Shown piece by piece: positions 55,030-64,000 of a stretch of DNA of 64,000 nt. The DNA is taken from assembly GCA_043228905.1 (NCBI GenBank), contig JBHGNT010000011.1, forward strand, positions 19,716,001-19,780,000, in the 5' to 3' direction. Both the position numbers and the translations under genes were made by a program. The notes below the pieces were generated by a model. That model worked only from the letters and a program-made list of their open reading frames with translations, searched no databases and was not told the DNA's origin. This stretch comes from Azolla caroliniana (lineage: Eukaryota > Plantae > Polypodiophyta). Position 1 is the stretch's first letter. Each line of letters starts with the position of its first letter.

Positions 55030-57454
55030 CCTTCGTTCAAGACCCTGGCAGTCCTGCCTTAGATCATACATGTACCCGCGAAATGTCGCAACAATCTGAT
55101 ACCCAATGTTGGTTGTACATAACCTCATTTATTTCTTTACAAATATTTATTGATTACCAAGAGCAAAGTTGTACATTGAAGTTCATTTTCCCAAATCTTG
55201 CAGGAAGAAACCATATACTTAAGATAAATATATACATGAAGATTGTCAACATTGAAGGGTATAATATATAACTAACTTTCGTAGGTGCAGTCGTATTTAC
55301 ATATTATGTATGTCATGTATGTCAATAGGCTAAGCCTTGAGGGCCGAGGCTCATCTATGATTACTCATTATTTACTTACTAAAACTTTATAAAAATGGTA
55401 AATTCTTGGAAGTTGTGGGATGGAATCAATAACACCAATTGATTAATGTAGTCTAAATAAGCTCGAAAAAGCATGCACACATACACACTCAATATATGTC
55501 TATATATATGTATGATGCTTCACTTTTGTACAACTTTATCTTTGTTATTTGTAAACATAATAACATATTTAGTGAAGGACATGTGCTATACTTAATGTAA
55601 ATAAGGGCATTCGCAGGTAACTCCATCAAATAAAAATATATGAAGGGCAAGTGTGATTGTCAAAATAAAACCATCATTGGGATACTTTTTGACCAAACGA
55701 TGTGGTATAATTTTATTTTCCAATTAGAGATAGAGCAAAGTTACTTAAATATCATTTCATAAGCCTGATATTTAGGAGGTTTAATGTGCTCAAGCTTAAA
55801 CAAATGCCTCAAACCTAAATCCTTAATTAGTTGAAAAACACCCCTTCTCTTTAGTTGGTGTTTTCAATGTACAATTTTTTTTCCTATGCATTTAATGCTG
55901 ATTGGCACATATGCATGGCTTGTTGTATTGTTGCAATACATTGTTATTATGGTGAGAAGTGACGTATTGTTGACACCTTTGGGCATGGATGAGGATAGAG
56001 AGAGCACGAACCTTATTTGATAGGGTGGTTCTTTTCATGTTGTTTGGGTCTTGGTTGGATGATTCTTATTTGTTTCTTCATTGACATTTCTTTCATGTTG
56101 TATTATTTGCCTTTCTATTCTATATGTGGTTTTTTTGGAATCCAAGCAAATTTCAACAATTGCCTTCTTGTGGATGTGTGAGTATTAAAAGGAATCATTA
56201 AATTATATTTACACCCACTTAGAATAACAAGTGTGGCCAACAATTGCATTGAAATTTATGGCTCGTGGATGTTAAGTTGCTTTCACTCTTTATTTTCTCA
56301 TCACCTTTATTTTTACAAGTTATTTTCTAAATGTGTTGATTAATATTTCTATCTTAACTTCGATTATTGTGATTAAATCTAGGATTGCAATAATAGTTTG
56401 ATTGATGATCTATTATTCATGAATATGATTTCTACGGCATGATTGTGTATATCAACAATAAATATGATAGTATGAGAGGAGGGTTGGGTCTGATTGATCC
56501 CCTCTCACAATCCAAAGCCCTACTTGCCAAATTTGTGGTGCGAGGACTCCTATCAAGAGATGATTGTTGGAAAATGCTATTTCGATTATGCTTCACTTAC
56601 TTTAAGCCACAAAAAGGGGTCAATTGGGCCCCTCAAACGGGATGGATTCTAAACATGGACTATGAGATCGGAAATTATGAACACTCTATTACTTAGGGAA
56701 GCTGCTAATCAAAGGGTGACAATGGAGAAGTGGATAGGCTACGAGGAGGAGGGCTCTTTGATCCAAAGAGGTATTGAAATATCAGACAAGATCGAAGACC
56801 ATGAATTGTGACTCAATGATATACCAACATTGATTATGGCAGTTCAAGGACTCGCATATACTAGTCGTAAATGGATTGTAGATCCAGATCTGATCAAAGT
56901 ACGACCATAATGACACATATGACTCATGAAAACACATGGTTACTTAAAGCTAGTTGGGACCCTTTGCAATGGACGTGGCGTGATCCTTATGCGGGTCAAG
57001 GAAGCAAAGACATCCATTTCTTCCAATTCATGACTAGATTGGGTCACCACATTCTAGCCGCTCAAACCGTTTGAGAGCTAGCTGTGGCAAAGATATTGCA
57101 CACATATCATGTTCCCCATACAATTATCACTAAGTTTTTGTCACAGATCATAAACTCAAGAGACAAGCAAGAAGATAACCAAATGGACAAGAAAGAAGAT
57201 AGTATTAAAGGAAAGACTCCATAACTGGTGTTGTTCACCTTGAATTCCTTCAAGGTGAACTCCTCTATTTATACTACATGGCATGCATACTTGTTGCACG
57301 CATGTGAATCTACAATAGAGCATGTAGGTATGCATGCATGTGCCAAGTGTAAATACTACAAGGGTGCAACTATGCACATGATGCTAGCAAAATAATAAGG
57401 ACCAATTACATACATAACTAGTACTAGATATCTTGGTTAACTCATAATACTAGA

Positions 57455-60400
57455 TTATAACATGGTCGTGTCAAGAGTTCGAATCTTGACATTATCCCCC
57501 CTCTTACGCCGCCTTCCCAAATCGGCCACTGGTTTGTGGGGATATCGGTGATGAAAATCTTGGACGACCTCTGGGGCATTTTGTAAATTTGCCGATGGTT
57601 CCCATGTGGCCTCAGACACGGGGTAACCCCTCCATAGGATGAGGTATTGCAAGTGTCGACGGTGCCAACGCGAGTCAAGGATTTGGTCGACCTCGTATTC
57701 CTCCCCTGTCGTCAATTGCATAGGTGGTGGTGGTGGGGCTTGACGACCTGGGAGTTGTGAAGCATAATGGGGTTCGAGGAGGGAGACATGAAAAACATCG
57801 TGAATCTGGAAGTGGGATGGAAGGGCGAGCCAGAAGGCGACGGGATTGATGCACTCGATGATACGGAATGGTCCCAACTTCTTGTAATCAAGTTTCGCAC
57901 ATGGACGAGTAGTAGAGATGTGTCGACGTAACAACCAGACCATGTCTCCAACGACAAAGTGTGGAGTGGAAGATCGATGGCAATCAGCCTGCTTCTTGTA
58001 TCGTTCACTAGCAAGACTAAGCTCCAAGGATAAATCATGATGTAGTTCTTCCAAAATGCGGGCGCGATCCTCCGCCGAAAGGTTCATGGAAGTGGTAGGA
58101 AGGGAAATGTTGAAGCGAGGATGTAAACCGTAGTTGGCAAAGAAGGGAGTGACGCCAATCGATGCATGGAGAGAATTATTGTAGGAGAATTCCGCGAGCG
58201 AAAGTAAGTTGACCCAATCATCTTGTTGGTAACTAACCGAGCACCGAAGATACTGCTCAAGGATTTGGTTGACACGCTCCGTTTGCCCGTCAGTTTGGGG
58301 GTGATAAGCGGAGGACAACTTGACAGAGATGCCTAAAGTTTGTAGCAGGCGCTGCCAGAAGTGAGAGACAAACTGGGGTCCGCGATCCGAGATGACATCA
58401 TCGGGGAGTCCATGCAAGCGTACCACATTGTTGAGTAGGAGATGCACCATTCCTTCTCCGGAAATGGTTTTGGAGCATGGAGTGAAGTGAGCCATCTTCG
58501 TAAACCGATCGACAATGACCAACACTGAGTCATAGCTATTGACCAAGGGTAGATCAGTTATCAGGTCCATAGAGATAGAGGCCCAAGGACGACGAGGACA
58601 TGGAAGCGGCTGTAGTAAGCCGTATGGCCGATGATGAATGGCTTTGGAGCGAGCACAAACCTCACAACTCTTTATGTATTCTTTGACCAGCTTCCATGGT
58701 TGTGGCCACCAATACCCCCGAGAGATTAGCTCGAGGGTTTTCGCGACCCCGAAATGACCTGCAAGTGGGTCATCGTGGCATTCCCGCAACACCCAGGTGT
58801 GACATGGGCCCTCTGGGACGTATAAGAGATGATCTCGGAACAACAAACCCTCTTGTATGGTGAAGGTGTCAAGATCCTTCCTTTTGGTCGCCTTGGAGGG
58901 GTTTTGCAGACTATCTCGAATCTCGTTGGCGAACGCATCGGTCTTGGATGCATCAGTGATTTGTTGGAGTAAAGAATCATCCTGCAACATACAAGTGGCA
59001 AAAAGATGCAATTGGTCGGGTTTCAACAAACGTCTAGATTGTTGAGCATAAGCAGTATCCCTACGGCGGAGTGCAAGGTCAGCTTGGCGAGAAAGGGCAT
59101 CAACCTTCCCATGTTGGCCACCAGGTCGAAATACGATCTCAAAATCGTAGTCGGCGAGAAATGTCGACCAACGGGCCTGCCTTCGATTCAAAGTACAAGT
59201 GGTGGAAAAATAAACTAAATTTTTATGATCAGTCACTACCTGGACACGATGTTGTGCGCCGGCCAAGTAGGGTCGCCATTCTTCAAAGGCAGCAATGATA
59301 GCAGCAAGCTCCTTGTCGTAAATGGGATAATTAATTTCGGATGCCGTAAATTTTCGGGAATAGTAAGCCACTGGGTGCATTAGGTTGTTGTCGTCTGCCT
59401 GGGATAAGATGGTGCCAATGGCAAAGTCAGAGGCATCGATTTCGACTTGGAAGGGTTTTGTGGGGTCGGCATGTAGCAGCACCGGGGCAGTGATGAATGT
59501 GTGTTTGAGTGAGTTGAACTCATTTTGTGCCTCCGAGGTTCATAAAAATGGAGTGCCTTTATGGGTGAGAACGATAAGAGGTTGTGCTAGGGTGGAAAAC
59601 CCCTTGATGAAGCGACGGTAAAAATTCGCGAAGCCGAGGAAGGATTGCACATCTTTAAGTCGCCTTGGAGTTGCCCACGCCTGAATGACAGAGACCTTCT
59701 TCATATCCATGGTGATGCCAGTGGGCGAGATGATGTAGCCTAGAAATTCGATCGAGGTACGGTCGAACTCGCATTTCTCGCCTTTGGCATAAAGGCCATG
59801 CTCGCGAAGTTTGGCAAGAACTAATCAGACTTGGCGAGTGTGCTCCTCCATGTTTGGCGAGAAAATGAGAATATCATCGAGGTAAATGACAACAAAAAGA
59901 TCAAGATATTCCCGGAAAATATCGTTCATCATATGTTGAAAAACTGCGGGAGCGTTAGTAAGACCAAAAGGCATTACCTTGTATTCAAAATGCCCATACC
60001 GTGTTCGAAATGCGGTTTTCCATTCATCCCCCAGCTTGATGTGTACTAGATTGTACGCTCCACGCAGATCAACTTTGGAGAAGACACGCGCAACTCGGAG
60101 CCGATCAAGGAGTTCGGGGATCAGAGGTAGCGGATAGCGGTTGCGCACAGTGAGTTTGTTGAGACCTCGGTAGTCGACGCATAAGCATAGAGAGCCGTCC
60201 TTCTTCTTCACAAATAAAATGGGGGCCCCGGCTGGTGACTTAGAAGGTTGAATAAAGCCTTTCTCGAGGTTCTCATCGAGATACACACGAAGGGCCTTCA
60301 ACTCTGGTGTAGACAACGCATATAGAGGACCAAAGGGTGGACACGCACCTTCTTGAAGATCAATCGGACAATTGTAGAGCCGGTGTTCCGGCAAACGATC

Positions 60401-61035
60401 AGCATTACATTTTTCAAATACGTCGGAGAAGTATTGGTATTTTTCGGGAATAACATGGAGTGTGTTAGAAATGGCGCCACAAACAAACCCATCTTGGACC
60501 GATGATGGGGTAGTCAATTCGGAGTCGACCGTCTCCGAAGGATGGGAAACTGAATTTACCTTCATACTTTTGCACGAGCATCTTGGCTTGCTAAATGTGA
60601 TCGAGCGGTTGCACCAATCCACTATTGGATTGTGCGCCTCCAACCACGTTAGTCCTAAGACGATCGGATGTCGAGGAGATGCAATGAGGTAAAAGGTGAG
60701 CTCCTCTTGGTGTGAGCCCACCTGAAGCCCTAATGGATTGTAGCTTGACTAATTGCACCTGACGAGAGGACGCACCCGTCGATGGCTTCAACTGGAATGG
60801 GTTTTGAGAGGCCAACGACAGGTACGCCATGTGCTTGGGCAAACGCGACGTCGATGAAGCAAGAAGATGCCCCAGAATCAAGTAAAGCAACAGACTGAAT
60901 GGAACTAGAGTTAAACGAAAGCCATACCTCCAATGTGAAATTGCTTGATGGTCCGGCAATGGAACCAAGAGAATGTGGACGACGGGAGATGTCCAGTTGC
61001 ATGGCTCCTACTGCAACCGAACGATGTCCTTTTCC
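57455..61035 (-). pseudogene. Chromovirus pol (PR-RT-RH-INT-chromodomain), disrupted
   Basis: [45 protein letters not shown], chromodomain EYEVDQILDSR...YLILWRGY...ATWEP; frameshift near 60725 and stops near 59825. Confidence 0.93.
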
Positions 61036-62024
61036 AGATGTTGGGGTCCGTTGGCTCGATGGAATTGTGGGCGAGTACTCCTAGGACAATGGCGAACGAC
61101 ATGACCGGAGGCGCCACAATACATGCACAAGCCATTAGCCCGCCGAAATGGTCGTTCAGCATCAGTCAATGGCCGAAATCGGGCTTGATCAATTTCCATG
61201 GGGACAGGAGCATCTGCCGAAGTAGGCGAGTGTGAGGATGCTTGGGGTTGTATGACCGGGGCGTGGCGTGGAAGTGAATGAGGTGGAACCCAAGTCCGGC
61301 GCTCTTCTTGGCGAAATTCGAAAAGACGATTGTCACAATGGACTGCTTGTGAAATCGCTTGGGATAACGAGGTGGGCTCTGGAAAGTTTAAGAGAAGATT
61401 CTTGACATTGCTTCGAAGACCGCGCCGAAAGTGATCAGCTAAAGCTTGATTATCCCAATTGCCGTCGCATGCTAGTTGTCGAAATTCGGAAGCATAGACC
61501 GAAGCTGTACGTGAACCTTGTTCGAGTGCATAAATCTTGTTAAGAGTTGTACGTCGTCGGTCCGTCTCTCCAAATGTGGCCTCTAACTCGGTGAGGAAGG
61601 CGGGAAAGTTCTCCAATAAAGGTGATGAGGTTTCTACCAATGGTGCAAACCAAGCTTGGGCCAGACCGGAGAGAAGGGTGCCCACAAGGCCGACTTGTCG
61701 AAGACCATCTCCATAACGTTGAGGTTGTAGCCGAATGATAAGTCGAACTTGGTTGATGAACCCTCGGAAACGCGACCTCGTTCCATCAAATTTTTCTGGG
61801 AGGCTAACCTTAGGCTCAAGAAACTGTGACGAAGCTAAGCTAGATGTTGGTAGAAGATCGGGCTCTAGGCTAGGTTGTTGTGGGAGACTAGGGTTCGGGG
61901 GTTGTGAGGATAGGGAGGTACCGACTTGAAGTTCTTGTAAAGAATTTCGAAGAGCTTCATTTTCAAGCTGTAGTTGTCGTAAGGCTACCATTATTTGGCC
62001 TAACTCACTAGTTGAGTCGGACAT
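61008..62024 (-). CDS. Chromovirus gag (338 aa, open)
   Basis: EPKVSLPEKFDG, retrotransposon gag core YASEFRQLA, PMEID, zinc knuckle CMYCGASGHVVRHC. Confidence 0.92.
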   Translation of the reverse strand: MSDSTSELGQIMVALRQLQLENEALRNSLQELQVGTSLSSQPPNPSLPQQPSLEPDLLPTSSLASSQFLEPKVSLPEKFDGTRSRFRGFINQVRLIIRLQPQRYGDGLRQVGLVGTLLSGLAQAWFAPLVETSSPLLENFPAFLTELEATFGETDRRRTTLNKIYALEQGSRTASVYASEFRQLACDGNWDNQALADHFRRGLRSNVKNLLLNFPEPTSLSQAISQAVHCDNRLFEFRQEERRTWVPPHSLPRHAPVIQPQASSHSPTSADAPVPMEIDQARFRPLTDAERPFRRANGLCMYCGASGHVVRHCPRSTRPQFHRANGPQHLEKDIVRLQ

Positions 62025-64000
62025 AGCTATGGCTTATGAGAGGGAGAGCTATGAGGATGGGGAGGTGAACAAACTATCACGAATCATAAACTCAAGAGAT
62101 AAGCAAGAAGATAACCAAATGGACAAGAAAGAAGATAGTATTAAATGAAAGACTCCATAACTGGTGTTGTTCACCTTGAATTCCTTCAAGGTGAACTCCT
62201 CTATTTATACTACATGGCATGCATACTTGTTGCACGCATGTGAATCTACAATAGAGCATGTAGGTATGCATGCATGTGCCAAGTGTAAATACTACAAGGG
62301 TACAACTATGCACATGATGCTAGCAAAATAATAAGGACCAATTACATACATAACTAGTACTAGATATCTTGGTTAACTCATAATACTAGATTATAACATG
62401 GTCGTGTCAAGAGTTCGAATCTTAACAGTTTTGGTAGAAAATCCAAAAACAACAACACACTAGGCGAATTACCATGTTCAAATGACTATTAATACATAGG
62501 TCACTACCGATTGGAGCGTTGTAGTGTGGGAACCTTAGCTCTCCTAATTGTGTAGCCTTTGTGGGACTGCCCAAAGACCCATTCAATCTAAGGAGGGGGT
62601 TGGCCAACTACTACAATTATACCAAGTGCAAGGCACAATCAAGTGGGGGAGCGTATGTTGGTTATCATGATAGGCCTTAGTTGACAGGTACGAACATCAA
62701 GAGGAGGGGATGACTTTGGTGATAAAAGCACAACAGATTTCTTTTCCCACCATTGATAATATCCACTCAACTCCTATTAATGTCAAAGCGCAAGTAGTGT
62801 TGGAATTGGTCAGCCCAATAACTATTTGGATGCGATGGAAACAACGGTGTAGACGGGTGTTGCCCAACCAAACCGTGCATCAAGTAATGTTAATGCAGGA
62901 GATATGGTGTGAAGTGGTAGCCCCTCTAAAGAGCTAATACGATAGCCTCATAGGCGGATCCGATGGAGTTGAAAGAGAACGATTAGCCTTCATCCAACAA
63001 TAGTCGTCCTCTCCCTTTCTTGAGTCAGTGGGCATTCACATAAGATGGAACTATCGCATCCCTACAGGGATTTGTATGTAACACTCATCTGTAAAATTTA
63101 TAATTAATGGATGGAATTTTTTTTTGAAATAAATAAATATGATAGTATTTATATTTATATATTCAATGTTGCTTAAAAAATATAGTAGTAATTGTGGATT
63201 AGAATTTGTGTTGAGTATGTTTATCATATAATTAGATAAAATTACGTATATACATATGCTAATGTGAGGCAATGAGGTAAGAGACATTTCTACTTATGTC
63301 AAGTCTAAGTTTGGAGTTTCAATAACTAAGTTTTACTAATCTATTTCATTGAGCTTCGAGTACTATGGAAACCAAGGGCTATACCTCTCAACGATCTCTA
63401 TTCAAATTATGAGTTTTGAGTAGGGCAACGAGAAACCTTGAAGCAAGCTGACAATTCCCCTCACAAATGAGAGAAGTATTGTAAAGGATTAAATTCAAAC
63501 TATAAATATTACATTATTTAATCAACAAGATATTTTATTGCCCAAAAACTTGATGTTTGAAAAGGAGCTAATGAATTGAGATCTTACTATTTATCTTGAT
63601 TCTCGATAGTTCTTAGCAATTTTCATAAGGACTTCTAGTCATGTGATGTAACATGTGCACCTACACATAAAAAGGTAAAAGAATTTATTTTACATTATCA
63701 TATTGAATGAGGGGAAGGCCATGGGAACTTGAGTGCAATGAGTCAAAGCCTTATACTCTTGACACCCTCATTTCTAAACTCGGTTCTTTTTGTCCCCATT
63801 TGCAATGATGAGTACTATAAGTTACTGCAAGGGTCAAGTCCTAAATCCAAAGTTGATGGAACCTTTATTTAATAGAACAATTTGATTCTTGTAGCCTTAG
63901 ACAAAACGCACGCGTCTCTTAGACAGTAGACTAACATAAATGTTGTAAAAATAGTCCCTCGTACAAATATCTACATAAAACCATGCAAGACGTGGATTAT

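Larger units (their letters stand above)
57139..62427 (-). mobile_element. Near-complete Ty3/gypsy chromovirus (Tcn1/Tf1-like) LTR retrotransposon
   Basis: 353-bp near-identical LTRs 57139-57491 and 62075-62427; TSD GTTTT at 57134-57138 and 62428-62432; PPT ~57492-57506; order gag-PR-RT-RH-INT-chromodomain; no tRNA PBS. Confidence 0.98.
56470..63090 (+). mobile_element. Decayed L1-like LINE split by the chromovirus insertion (parts 56470-57138 and 62428-63090)
   Basis: GGLGLIDPLSQSKALLAKFVVR on the left; ITIWMRWKQRC on the right; the sequence rejoins across the GTTTT TSD. Confidence 0.75.

Noticed and set aside
55030-56460. AT-rich stretch, as is 63100-64000
   Set aside because: No ORF, repeat or terminal structure that I could support.

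Overview
Repeat-rich eukaryotic nuclear DNA from a land plant; the Tcn1-like chromoviruses and many (CT)n tracts suggest a non-seed plant such as a fern, lycophyte or bryophyte (inference). Two intact-looking multi-exon host genes lie on the + strand: TAF2 (16462-33075, about 26 exons) and a nuclear poly(A) polymerase (from 36907, 3' end unresolved). To the left is a ~13-kb Mutator-like element with ~120-bp TIRs, a decayed DDE/SWIM transposase and a cargo gene resembling C2H2 finger plus Ulp1 protease. It holds a Ty1/copia element that itself contains a solo LTR of its own family, and a second unrelated solo LTR. To the right are LINE fragments, a tRNA-derived SINE and three chromovirus-type Ty3/gypsy elements. 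Most notable: these chromoviruses show a Tf1-like self-priming signature instead of a tRNA PBS; one ~1-kb derivative preserves the exact 11-nt self-primer/inverted-U5 junction in genomic DNA; all three LTRs begin with an antisense tRNA-like module; the two larger elements share a covarying -1 frameshift stem/pseudoknot; and LINE/SINE copies repeatedly sit inside (CT)n tracts. All alignments were made by eye and no database search was run.
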